Positions 50,348 through 63,341 of a stretch of 64,000 bases of DNA are shown here, in pieces (the stretch's first letter is position 1; each line of letters begins with the position of its first letter). Below the pieces are notes generated by a model. That model saw only the letters and a program-made list of their open reading frames with translations, had not been told where the DNA came from and ran no database searches. The stretch lies in NCBI RefSeq assembly GCF_006345805.1, contig NC_042997.1:202058001-202122000 (forward strand), read 5' to 3'. The position numbers and the translations under genes are program-made. This DNA is from Octopus sinensis (lineage: Eukaryota).

Positions 50348-51304
50348 TTAAAGTAGTGATTTTTTTAGTATTAGAATGTTTTGTGCTATTGGCTCTGACT
50401 CTCTGTACTTTGAATTCAAACTCCACTGAGGTCAACTCTGCCTTTCATTATTTCAGGCCTAGAAACTGTAAGGCCATCAGGCCAAATGCTTTGCAGTATT
50501 TTTTCTAGCTCTTTGTGTGCTGAGTTCAAATCCAGCCATGACCTACTTGATTGATTGACTTAATCCATTGCCCTTTTTAACACCACCATCTGGCTACTGG
50601 CTACCTTCAGTGCCTCTACTGGAATACACTTTGTTATAAGCTTTTGTGCCAGGGCTTTGGTTTGTGGAGGACTTTGTCACAACAGCCTCAGAGACATTGT
50701 GAAGGGTCAAGGGCACTGATGTTCCTTCTGAATTGAAAGATCAAAGAAATATATAATTTATTAATTTTTTGTTTTAATTGTTTCAGAAAACAAACAAAAC
50801 TGGTGGTTGGTATGTACATAAATATACACATACAAATAAAGGCCTTATGGCAATGAGACAGTATTATGACAAGACATGTGTAGACTCCTACACAGTTCCT
50901 GCTTGCTAAATTCATTTACAAGGCATTGGTCATCCCAGGGCTACAGTAAAAGACATTTGTCCAAAGTTTGGTGCAATGGGACTAAACAAGAACCCTAATT
51001 GTTGCAAATGAATCTTCTGAACCTTACAGCCATAACCAGGAACATTTGTATTCATATCATTTCCCCATTAGTACAATAATGACATGAGTATTATCAACCG
51101 ATGTAGGTAGTGATAATGTTGCTGGCAACTTGTGTCTCCAGGAGAAATATTTATAGCCTGTCCATAGTTCCATACATTTAAGAAACCTTTTAAATGGAAC
51201 ATCCTTTTAATCTTTTCTTGGCCGTTCAATGTTGAATGAATAGTTGAAAAACTAATTGGAAATGTATAAATGTGGCACATAAGGTAATTACTTAAAGGTG
51301 TCAG

Positions 51305-51340
<36 letters not shown>

Positions 51341-51857
51341 GTGTGTGTGTCCGTGTGTGTGTGTGTCCGTGCGTGTCAGTCACAGTCATTCTTGAACGTG
51401 ACCAGATGCATTTTAAGAATTAGGTTTCAAGCTAATTGATTTTACTTAGTAATTTAAGCTTCATTGAAAATGCTCTGATTTCAAATTGTCCACTTTGCTG
51501 ATATTCTTATCATGGCACCCTTCACTCACCCCTCTTTTTCTGTGCGTGCACACAAACACACACACACACATGTAATCTAATATATATATATATATATATA
51601 ATGTGTATGTGTATATGCAAGAATATACGCATGAAATACATTTCATACTACAATATTAATATTAAGATGACTATCAATTTGTTTCCGACACAGTGCTGTG
51701 TTTCGATTGCAAACTCAGCCTCATCAGTAGTAGAGTGTGTGTATACAGCATTCATTTTAAATAAAGCACACTTACACACTGCTTGTGTTAGGTAAAGAAA
51801 CCAACACCATTTTTTTTAAAGTAAGTTATATATTCACACCAAAGCCTCTCTCTCTCT

Positions 51858-51924
<67 letters not shown>

Positions 51925-52434
51925 CTCCATTAATCTCATTATATTCACTTCAGAAATAAAACTGCAAAGCTGCCATTTATGCAAGTTTATATTATCACTA
52001 TTATCCATCTTTATCTCTGTCTCTCTTCCTTCCTCTCCCACCCCCTCTCTCTCTCTCTCGTTACAGGTCTATTGACTATGTAACATATTGTGGTGTTTAA
52101 TGGTTGTGTAGGCAACAAGTTCACCTGACAGCCATGTGGTTCTGAATCCACTGCATAGCACAATGAGTTAATAACTTCTACCATGGCCTTGGGTTGACCA
52201 AAAACTTGCGAATGTAATTTCATACACAGGAATTATACACGAGATCATAAGTGTCACTCAAATGATTTTGTATAAAAAATATAGAGATAAGTGTTTCTCA
52301 ATAGCCTTTGTATAATATTTCAGGATATATTCAAACATCAGATAATTTAGGAGGCTACAGACTCAGATTACTCTCTGAAGGAGTGGAAACGTGAAGCTCA
52401 AAGAATTGGCAATTTAGAGTCATTCAGTTAAAAT

Positions 52435-52860
52435 CATCATCGCCGTCGTTGTTGCTTAACATTTACTTTCCATGCTGGTGTGGGTTGGATAGTTTGAATG
52501 AGAACTGGCAGGCCAGGAGGCTGCACCAGGCTCCAATCTGATCTGGCAAGGTTTCTACAGCTGGATGCCCTTCCTAATGCCAACCACTTTACAGAGTGTA
52601 GTGGGTGCTTTTTATGTGCCACTAGCACAGGAGCCAGTCAGGCGGCACTGGCAACAGCCACACTCAAATGGTGCTTTTTATGTGCCACTGGCATAGGTGC
52701 CTGTCAGGCGGCACTGGCATTGGTAATGCTCAAATGGTGCTTTTCACATGTTACTGGCACAGATGAAGTCCAGCGGCACCAGCATCAGCCATGTTCAAAT
52801 GGTGTTTTTTTTATGTGGCACAGGTGCCAGTCTGGTGGCACTTGCATTATCCACGCTCAA
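52435..52860 (-). mobile_element. Group B 3' end with about four internal units
   Basis: Reverse core and repeated ggtgctttttatgtgcc boxes. Confidence 0.85.
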
Positions 52861-52921
52861 AAATGTATCATAAAAGTAATAAAAATATTACATTTTGAGT
52901 CCTATAATTTATATTTAATTT

Positions 52922-53627
52922 TCATGTGTCGGTGGCACATAAAAACACCATCCGAAGACCCGGCGACGTAGACAGTCCACCTGTGCATACCTTCCTTCTT
53001 GTGACACTTGTGAAGACCTGTTGAGGCAAGTGAAAATCAAATCAAATCAAAACAAATCAAAATAGATGAACATAAATGGAATTTGTATCTATGTGGTACC
53101 AATGCCGGTGGCACACAAGAAAATCATCCGAACGTGGCCGTAGCCAGTACCGCATAGACTGGCCTCCGTGCTTTGGGGACGTAACAACACCATCCGATCG
53201 TGGCCGTCCGCCAGCCTCATCTGGCACCTGTGTCGGTGGCACATAAAAACACCATCCGAGCGTGGCCGTCTGCCAGCCTCGTCTGGCACCTGCCAGCCTC
53301 ATCTGGCACCTGTGTCGGTGGCACATAAAAACACCATCCGAGCGTGCCGTCTGCCAGCCTCGTCTGGCACCTGTGTCGGTGGCACATAAAAACACCATCC
53401 GAGCGTGGCCGTTCGCCACCTCGTCTGGCACCTGTGTCGGTGGCACATAAATCACCCACTACACTCTCGGAGTGGTTGGCGTTAGGAAGGGCATCCAGCT
53501 GTAGAAACACTGCCAGATCTGACTGGCCTGGTGCAGCCTTCGGGCTCCCCAGACCCCAGTTGAACCGTCCAACCCATGCTAGCATGGAAAACGGACGCTA
53601 AATGATGATGATGATGATGATGATGAT
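52922..53627 (+). mobile_element. Longest group B copy (3' UTR-like region, tandem units, tail)
   Basis: gaagacctgttgaggcaagtgaaaatc leader, repeated tgtcggtggcacataaaaacaccatccga units, (gat)n tail. Confidence 0.9.
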
Positions 53628-54010
53628 GGTGCCCCAGCATGACCACAGTTTTAAAGCTGAAATCAATTAAAGAAATTAGTGTCTGTTTTCCAAACTGTTC
53701 ATGGGTCTGATGGGTGAACAAGATCTGATATCTTGGGAGGAATGCATCATACGCCATTATCTGCTTTACCATGGTTTGTCCGACTGGATGCCCTTCCTAA
53801 TGCCAACCACTTAAGAATGTACTGGATGTGTTTTGCATAGCACCAACACTAGTGAATATTGCCTCGTAATTTCCAAGACTAAGAGAGAGGAGTGGTGAGG
53901 TACAGTAAGATGAAAGGGAGAGTCTTGTGGGAGTGGAAAGAGTATCAGAGTAGATATTGATGGGGAGAGAGTATAACAGAGAAGAGAGGAAGGGGAAAGT
54001 ATAAATATTA

Positions 54011-54157
54011 TGGTAAGTAGCTTGCTAACCAACCACATGGTTCCAGGTTCAGTCCCACTGCGTGGCATCTTGGGCAAGTGTCTTCTGCTATAGCCCCGGG
54101 CCGACCAATGCCTTGTGAGTGGATTTGGTAGACGGAAACTGAAAGAAGCCTGTCGTA

Positions 54158-54208
<51 letters not shown>

Positions 54209-54209
54209 G

Positions 54210-54277
<68 letters not shown>

Positions 54278-54509
54278 GTGTGTGTGTGTGTGTTTGTGTG
54301 TGTTTGTGTGTGTCTGTGTTTGTCTCCCTAGCATTGCTTGACAACCGATGCTGGTGTGTTTACGTCCCCGTCACTTAGCAGTTCGGCAAAAAGAGACCGA
54401 TAGAATAAGTACTGGGCTTACAAAAAGAATAAGTCCCGGGGTCGAGTTGCTCGACTAAAGGCGGTGCTCCAGCATGGCCGCAGTCAAATGACTGAAACAA
54501 GTAAAGAGT
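54011..54509 (+). mobile_element. Young SINE group A with long internal microsatellite
   Basis: Near-identical to 35090-35493 except for a short 5' truncation and the expanded (TA)(TATG)(TG) tract. Confidence 0.92.
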
Positions 54510-54924
54510 ATATACATTTGTGTGTGTGTGTTTGAGCATATTGTCATCAGCAATGTAAAAATCAGCAAAGAAAATGAAAACAAAATAATTTTTAATTAAA
54601 AAATAAGCCAGTACTTTTGAATGAAAATATCCTGTGTGGTATTTGTTTCACTAAGTTCAATCCCCTGTCAGTTTTTCCATCAGAGGTTCATTGAAGCAAT
54701 GATTGGTTTGTTTTAAAACTGTAACCAGTTGCAATATCTAAAAAAAAAAAAAATTAATTTAGATTAAAAATAAAAAATTAAGAACAGTGTAAAGAATAAA
54801 CTAGTTCAAAAATATTGGAAAATATATTTCTTTTTATATTTAATTTCTTTGTTATATATCTTAGCAGAGAAATATGGAAATTTTTCTGAAAATTTAGATA
54901 TTTCATTATTATTTCAGCATTTAA

Positions 54925-55335
54925 GGTGGCCAGCTGGCAGAATTGTTAGCATGCTGGATGGAATGCTTAGCGGTATTTTGTCTGCTGTTACGTTCTGAGT
55001 TCAAATTCTGCCGAGGTCGACTTTGCCTTTCATCCTTTCGGAGTCGGTTAAATAAGTACCAGTTACGTACTGGGGTCGATATAATCGACTTAATCCGTTT
55101 GTCTGTCCTTGTTTGTCCCTTCCGTGTTTAGCCCCTTGTGGGTAGTAAAGAAATAGGTATTTCATCTATCTATATGTTCTTAGTTCAAATTCTGCTAAGG
55201 TCGACTTTGCTTTACATCCTTTTGGGGTCAATAAATTAAGTACCAGTTTACCAGTTGCACACTGGGGTTGATCTAATCAACTGGCCCCCACCTCCACAAA
55301 ATTTGGACCTTGTGCCTAGAGTAGGAAAGAATATT
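54925..55335 (+). mobile_element. Dimeric SINE group C
   Basis: Same gtaaagaaata/ggtattt junction as 15459-15871. Confidence 0.88.
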
Positions 55336-55681
55336 TGGTTTGTTTCCTTTCTTTTGTCAACTGTGTGAGGTTTATATCTCTAGACATGTTTAATTAAGAC
55401 TAAACCATCATGATAAAACAGATAATAGAAAAAATATAATTAAACAAATGCAGGTGATTGTACTATTACTACTAATACTTTGTCAATTTTTTTTTCTCTT
55501 CACTTACCCAATGTTTTGATTAATTAAATGTCTGATGTATTTTTTTTTCTTTTCATTTTTTTTGTGTTTTTCAATTTTTTTGGTTTCAGTCATTGGACCT
55601 GGTCATGCTGGGGCATCACCTTGAAGGATTTAAGGATTTAGTCAAACAAAATGTCCCCCAGTACTTATTTCTTCAAGTGAT

Positions 55682-56052
55682 GCAGGCATGGCTGTGTGGT
55701 AAGAAGTTTGCTTCCCAACCACATGGTTCCAAGTTCAGTCCCACTGTGTGGCATCTCAGGCAGGTTTTCTATTATTGCCACAAGCTGACTAAAGTCTTGT
55801 GAGTTGATTTGGTAGGTGGAAACTGAAAGAAGCCTATCATATGTGTGTGTGTGTTGTGTCTGTGTTTGTCCCCTACCACTGCCTCACAACCGGTCCAGTA
55901 TTAGTGCATTTATGTTCCTGTGACTTAGCAGTTCAGCAAAAGAGACTGATACAATAAGTACCAGGCTTAAAAAATAAAGTACTGAAGTCAATTCATTGAA
56001 CACTTCAAAGCAGTGCCCCAGCATGGCCACAGTCTTAACGATTGAAATAAAT
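55682..56052 (+). mobile_element. SINE group A, older copy
   Basis: Head, short (TG)n, ccagcatggccacagtc tail. Confidence 0.82.
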
Positions 56053-56269
56053 AAAACATGATACATATAAGCTATTTACATAACATATTTCTCTGCATGA
56101 CAACTGGTTTAATTTGTCTATTACTAAATTTCTCTTATTTTGTTGTATGTTCTGGTAAAGTTAGAATTAGATAAAGTGAAAACATATCTTTGAACTAATA
56201 TTTCTTTGTTTCTGCTAACATGTAATTTTGAAATACCACGTTTCTTATATATATATATCTCAGGGCAAT

Positions 56270-56567
56270 TGCTGTTCCACAGTTGTGTGTGTGTATATAT
56301 GTATGTGTGCATATATGCATGTGTGAGTGTAATTATAACCAAAGAAAATGAAATCGCTATGCGTGAGCATATTATGTATGGGTGTGTGTGTATATACACA
56401 CACACACAATATATATATGCTTACATTCATATTTATGCATACATACATTTTTAATATGTATTCATATATATATATGAATATATATTACATATGTATGTAT
56501 GCATATATATGAATGTAAGTATATATGTATATATATATATAGACACACACACACACACACACACACA

Positions 56568-56605
<38 letters not shown>

Positions 56606-56701
56606 CTTATGTATGTATGCATATATATGAATGTAAGTATATATACACTCAATATATATGTATATATGAATATGTATGTATGCATATGTATGAATGTAAG
56701 C

Positions 56702-56738
<37 letters not shown>

Positions 56739-57053
56739 ATCACAGTTATATAAGCACAGTATTTCAGAAACTTTTCCGTGTTGATTAAAAAATTTGCTTA
56801 TTCATTTTGCCTCACCACTTTGATAAATACCTTCGCTGGTGCCAACATCATCCAAGATGTTACTAGATTATTGTGAAGCCATTTTAATCATTCATTATAT
56901 AATCTTTAGAGTTTAGCTCTAAGTCAACATCCATTATGTTATTATTAATATTATGCAAAGCAATACACTTTGCTGCCTCCTCACAATATAACTCATTTGT
57001 GAAGAAAAGAATGTGTTGATGTGCGTGTACATACATATGTGTATGTATATATC

Positions 57054-57097
<44 letters not shown>

Positions 57098-57383
57098 CAC
57101 ACATATGTGTGTGTATATATATACACATACATGTGTGTGTATGTAAGTATGTGTATATATATATATATACACATATGTATGTGTGTATATATATATATAT
57201 ACACATACATGTGTGTGTGTATGTAAGTATGTGTATATATATATATACACATGTGTGTGTGTATATATATATACATACATGTGTGTGTGTATGTGTGTGT
57301 GTGTGTATATATATATACATACATGTGTGTGTATATATATATATATATACATATGTGTGTGTGTGTATGTAAGTATGTGTGTG

Positions 57384-57457
<74 letters not shown>

Positions 57458-57504
57458 TGTGTGTGTGTGTATGTAAGTATGTATGTGTATATATATATAT
57501 ATAT

Positions 57505-57537
<33 letters not shown>

Positions 57538-57587
57538 CACATGTGTGTGTATATATATTTATATATATATATATATATATATTATAT

Positions 57588-57665
<78 letters not shown>

Positions 57666-57702
57666 GGTATATATATATATATAGGCATATATATATATAT
57701 AT
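56270..57702. repeat. Complex (TA)/(TG)/(CA) microsatellite field with a unique island at about 56740-57012
   Basis: Seen directly; source of the YI/CV/HT ORFs. Confidence 0.95.
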
Positions 57703-59239
57703 TAAAAATATAATCATTTATCTCGGAGTAAACTCCCTAAAATGAACAGTCATAGAATTTGTATGTGTAAAGTGATGATGATGATGATGATGATGGATGG
57801 GGGTGGATGGAAGGAAAATGGAAGCTGCTTAAAAGGGAAATATTAAAAATATGTTTTTAAAAAATAAACAAAAGAATCAGATCTTTTGTCATCTGTGTTG
57901 TTGATTAATTCTTGGAAGTGATTTTGATCTTTTTCGTTGCTAATCAGGTGACTAGAACATGCTGTAGTTGCAACATGTTGCAACAGCTACAGGTTTCATG
58001 TGTTGCAAACACGGATATATATGTAGACACACAAACACACCACATACACATACACACGCAAAGTGGGATTTTAAAAAATCTTAATATTTCATATGCACCC
58101 ATTTCCAAAATTTATAGGAAATCTGACATTAGGCAGCATAGGTTTTGGCTGTCGATTTTTATATGTATTTCATACATAAATCAGCATTGAATATAATAGA
58201 GTTTGTCATGTGTGCAGATATGTGTGAAATTAAGTGGGAGGAGAAAGAGAGAGAGTGGGAGTGAGAATGTGGCATATCGTTAATGCACACAAGTTTGAAA
58301 AAATTTCTGAATTTTAACAAAAACACTAATACTTTAATACTTTTCTCAATTCTTTGTGACAGGACAGAGATAAGACTTCACAGAGCATGTTGTTTCCACT
58401 GTTCTGACTGCTTTATTCTCCTTAGGAAGGATTAAAAATATATATACATACAAATGAACAGTGCATAGATGCGTGTGCATGTGTATGTGTGAGTTATTTT
58501 CTGAATGGCTGTTATGGGTAACATTCTTGCTTAAGGCCATTATTATCCAGAGAAGCTAAATATAATCACAGGATGTTACCAGACAGTCCTGGGTTAATGT
58601 TCAGTGCTAGTTTCCTACCTACTTGCATTCAGGAATTTCAAAATTGGTCAAAGATTAGCTTCAACAATCTTTTATCTGTTTCATATAATTGTTTTCTTTT
58701 GTGTTCATTCACCAACATTCTCACTTGTAACACTAAGAACAAATTTTAATGTCAAATATAAGCTGGAGTCTGAGATTTTCCATCACAGAATTCTACCAGA
58801 ATGTCGAATAGCTTCTCAAATAAAGCAGTCAACTGTTGTAGGTTAACATCTTTTAACTATAGCAATCAACCACATTGTTGACATCCTTGTTAAACTAAAC
58901 AAAGAACTTCAGGAACCTTCCATGCATTAATGTAGAGTCTTGTAACACAAAAACATATTTTCTCTTTGACTTCTATGTTAACTACTAGCTTCCATGTAAC
59001 ATGGCAAGACTGGTTCCATGCCTGTACCCTAAACTAAAACTACCACCCTATTCTTATGTTTATCGTCATTGTTTTAACTTCCACTTTTCCATGCTTGCAT
59101 GGGTCAGATGGTATCCATTGATGCAGATACACTACAGTTGAATGCCTTTCCTGTCACCAACCCTCACCTGTTTCTGACTATAACTAAATGTACGCAAATA
59201 ACGGCTCTGGCTCCTACTAACAACATACTCTGCTAATCT

Positions 59240-59750
59240 AAATAATAATGAAATTATTGTATACAGTGCTCAGGTGCACCACAACTTGTCAAAAGTGCAT
59301 ATAAAGTACATGCAGTAATGTAGAAATGTCTGGAAAGTGAACAGTGTATGAGTCAGATACATGCTTGTGTGTGTATGGAGGGGAGAAAATCAAGTGTAGT
59401 GTTGGCGAATCTCAGGAAGCATGGAAGTTTTGAAGGATGCAGTGCTCCGACAACTAACAACTGATGCCGGCAGTTTGTTCCATGCTTCAGCAACTCTCAG
59501 CATGAAAAAATGTTTCCTGAAGTCATGGAAGGAGCTGTGCTGTTTTCTTACTTTGTAAATATGTCCACGGGTGTTAGATGGGTGGAGTTTGAAGAGGTGC
59601 TCAGAGTTATTGTTTGTAAGATGGTTGATAATTTTATGGGTGTCTGCCAAGTCAGCTGCCAGACGTCGGAGTTTCAATGTGTCCATGCCCAGGGAAGTAA
59701 GGCGTTCAGGATATGGCAAATGCCTGATGGAGGGTATTCTTTTGGTTGCA
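59240..59750 (-). pseudogene. CR1-clade LINE 3' end (ORF2 C-terminus and 3' UTR)
   Basis: ATKRIPSIRHLPYPERLTSLGMDTLKLRRLAADL...TRGH...RKHFFMLRVAEAWNKLP matches the CR1 YxERLxxLxLxSLxxRR / TRGH / FFxxRVxxxWNxLP pattern. Confidence 0.9.
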
Positions 59751-60557
59751 CTCTCTCTCTTTCTCCTCCCACTTAATCTACTTTCACTCTGCTTTGTCAC
59801 CAACAACCTGAATCAACAACTCACCTTATTATGATCATAAATCATTTCAATTATTATTATTATTATTATTTTAGAAGGACACAATGATACAATCCTCAAC
59901 AAATAATGAAGGCCTCATATTTTTATACCAACAATATATTAAATTTAATCATAAGACTTAAGCCAGTCATATCTAAGTCCTAATCTTTCTTATGAAATGT
60001 AAAAATGTTGTGAATTATTATAATATGGTAAACTTCACATTACCATAGCTGCATAAATGACATTTCTAGACACAGACAGTGATATTAGACTTAATATTTC
60101 GATCCCCATGACCGAGGGTCAGGAGTTCTCAGATACTAGCATCATTCTCACTGGTTCATTGTGTCTTTATGCTCTTTTAGGATCAGTGGGCCCCAAGTCC
60201 TCTTTTGACCTGATTTACTGTCAGGATTGACTCTATTAGGCTTCACTCCTTTGTAGATATTCACAGACAATGAAGGTTTACATATGAAATTGTCCTTCTT
60301 CTCATTTAACTGCCAAGCCCAGACTGCTCACCCAATCATACTGTCTGTGTTGCTGAAGACACAGTAGTACCCTCTCCTGGAGGCATGTGGTTACGTGGTT
60401 AGGGTATTTAGCTCAAAATTATATTTTCTCTTGTGTAGTCAACTTTGCTACAAGAACTCAGGCCATGTCTTCAGTCTGAGGGGAGTTTCCTTCTTTTCAC
60501 TCCTGAGTGTTGGAGATTCTACAAAAGGTCATGAGTATTGTCTTCCTTGGAACAAAC

Positions 60558-60988
60558 CAGTGCTGGATTAACCACTAAGCATAATATCAGCATACTTAGG
60601 GCACCAAGGGACGGAGGGGGCACCACAGAAATGGTAACTGGTTTACAGTACAAAAGAAATCACTTAAACTTACTAAAATAATATTCAAAGTGGTTTACAT
60701 GGTTGGAAATATAATTCTGACATGTTCATGGTGTAACAGTGAGGATCAAATCAAAGACTTTGCTGTTAAAAGAAGTAGGAGAAATCTTTTTTTCAAATGT
60801 AAATAAAGTGGAAGTATACAAAAATAAACATTACTTTCCATCTCACTTAGTTTTGTCTCATTTTGAAAAATAAAAATCTTATTTTATGGTTTATCATTGT
60901 TTATATTATTTACATTATTTACATTTGTAATGTACATAATTCCTCATCTCTTAAATATAGAGGTGTATTATTGTTTATATTTTGAATT

Positions 60989-61038
<50 letters not shown>

Positions 61039-61077
61039 TCATCATCATCGTTTAACGTCCGTTCTCCATGCTAGCAT

Positions 61078-61129
<52 letters not shown>

Positions 61130-61362
61130 CCACTACACTCATGGAGTGGTTGGCGTTAGGAAGGGCATCCAGCCGTAGAAATATTACCAGATCAGACTGG
61201 GCCTGGTGCAGCCTTCTGGCTTCCCAGACCCCCAGTTGAATTGTCCAACCAATGCTAGCATGGAAAGCGGACGCTAAATGATGATGATGATGATGATATA
61301 TATATGGGGGCAGCAAAATCTATTAAGTACTTAGGGCCTCAATAGGTCTTAATTCGGACCTG
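60558..61362 (+). mobile_element. hAT-type MITE with perfect 8-bp TSD and nested insertions
   Basis: gaacaaac at 60550-60557 and 61363-61370; termini cagtgctggattaa / ttaattcggacctg. Confidence 0.9.
61036..61297. mobile_element. Head-to-head pair of group B ends separated by (TA)n
   Basis: Minus stub 61036-61080; plus copy 61126-61297. Confidence 0.88.
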
Positions 61363-61785
61363 GAACAAACATTTCAAAAAGAACCAGGGCAGCACATTAA
61401 CGATCATTTCAAGCCATTATCTCTGCCACCCAATTTGAACAAACAATAAACTTATATACAGACTGAAAAAGTTACTATATTAACCACACAAGGAACTGAG
61501 ATTGTTGCAAAGCAAGCAAATCAATTTTGTCTGCTGCAGCCAGTGTCAGAGTCTTCAATCATCTGAAAACAGACTGGATAGTAAAACAGATAACGTTCCA
61601 TGCCTGCTACACTGCACCCTACACACTTATAATATTCCATGAATGCTAGAATATTACAATGCACTCTGCAGATAGAATATTTTATGGCCGTGACATTGCA
61701 TTCTGTAGACATAACACTCTATGGTTGACAGCCTACAATATATATGTATATACAGCTCTCTCTCTCTCTCTCTCTATGTATGTAT

Positions 61786-61816
<31 letters not shown>

Positions 61817-61817
<1 letters not shown>

Positions 61818-61996
61818 GCTAGCCACTACACATTCTTTATTTTCTCTCCTTGTTTCTTTCTGTGTTCTTTTCTGTGGAAGAGCGTAGGCTCGAATTGTTA
61901 AAGACTTTTTCACTTCCTTAGCATTATACTAATACATCTGTTTGTTGTCTACACCACCTGTCTTTGTCTTTCGTTTTTTTTTTTGTGAATTCTCCC
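61817..61996 (+). mobile_element. (TA)n-flanked element homologous to 48176-48378
   Basis: TCTTTT CTGTGGA A GAGC GTAG GCTC GAAT TG TT AAAGA; shared tatactaataca and ccacctg segments. Confidence 0.75.
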
Positions 61997-62208
61997 TATA
62001 TATATATATATAATATATATATATACACTTACATATATGTACATACCTACATATATATGGATATATACATGCATATATGGGTACAGCACATCAAAAAAAC
62101 CTGGACAGAATGAGAAACGAAAACATAAAAAACAAAAACATAGAAAACAAACTATTTTCGAACAACGAAAGAAACAAATAGAGAAATGAGGCAGGCAACA
62201 TAAAGAGC

Positions 62209-62302
62209 ATTCCCTTCATCAGTTGTGCCCTGTTTTATCTACTCTGTATAGAAGGTAAGGAACATGGAGTAGATAAAACAGGGGACAACTGATGAAGGGA
62301 AT
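62209..62302. repeat. Inverted repeat, 36-bp arms (35/36 match), 22-nt spacer
   Basis: attcccttcatcagttgtgccctgttttatctactc versus gagtagataaaacaggggacaactgatgaagggaat. Confidence 0.92.
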
Positions 62303-62369
62303 ATTCTTCTTACCACACAGCCACATATATTGTCAAATATACATTTCACATGTACTGGAATTTACAGTG

Positions 62370-62756
62370 ATGCCAGGTCAGATTGGAGACTGGTGCAGCC
62401 TTCTGGCTCCCCGGCCCTCAGTCAAACCGTCCAACCCATGCCAGCATGGAAAGCAAACGTTAAAAGATGATGATGATAGGCTGTTGCATTGGGTGATATG
62501 ATATGCTTGAGAAGACTTGTTGAATCAAGTAAAACCAAAATCGTAGCCAAGCCCACCTGACTGGCTCCTGTGCCGGTGACACATAGAAAGCACCCATTAC
62601 ACTCTCGGAGTGATTGGCGTTAGGAAGGGCATCCAGTTGTAGAAACATTGCCAGATTAGATTGGAGCCCTGTACAGCCGCTGGCCTTCCAGACTTCAATC
62701 AAACCATCCAACGCTTGCCAGCATGGAAAATGGATGTTAAACGACAACGACGATGC
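62370..62756 (+). mobile_element. Two tandem group B 3' ends
   Basis: Copies at about 62370-62477 and 62500-62756. Confidence 0.82.
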
Positions 62757-63341
62757 CATGTTGCCCAGTATAGAATCATGGAGTATTGTACCTGTAAAAT
62801 GTATTGTAATAGTTGCAAAGTGTCATATCCATAGCTGTAGAATGTAACGTAGAATATGGTTTGACCCACCCACCTCAAAAGTTGATTGACGTTAGTAGTC
62901 AGAGAAAAAAAAAAAAAAAGGAAAAGTAAAATAGCAAAGACCGTGACATAAAAAGCAAGCATAAAATTTGTTGATGTAATCCTCATCCTGTTCTTAGTGG
63001 ATTGACAAATGGTAGTAAACGATGACTGTGACAGTGTAATATATTGTTTGATATAAAACACTCCAGACGTAGCAGCTTAAATGGATTTGTTGCCTTTAAC
63101 GTACTGTCTGGAAATAAACCTAGCAGACACATACACACGCACACACGCAATGGCTATGACATATTTTAACTTTCCCCGACTTGTGTTATGAATAATTTAA
63201 AATAAATCTTTCTTAAGTGTACTGTACTTAAAACACTGGAAATGCTATGCTGTTGGACACTTTTAGCTTTGACATGGTGCTAAAATCCAAGAAAAAGTCT
63301 TAGACTTTTGGTTAAGCTAAAAACTAAATTTGTCAAACATT

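Noticed and set aside
51694-51791. Possible exon CCVSIANSASSVV ending at AG/GTAAAG
   Set aside because: 98 nt, AT-rich second half, phase does not follow the 49973 candidate; no homology recognised
56934-57666. Long YI/CV/HT-rich ORFs
   Set aside because: Dinucleotide microsatellite translations
61539-61641. Possible terminal exon QCQSLQSSENRLDSK
   Set aside because: Weak polypyrimidine tract and no other support
63062-63120. Hairpin with tactgtctgg resembling miR-8/miR-200 family
   Set aside because: Seed region is interrupted and the stem pairs only at its ends
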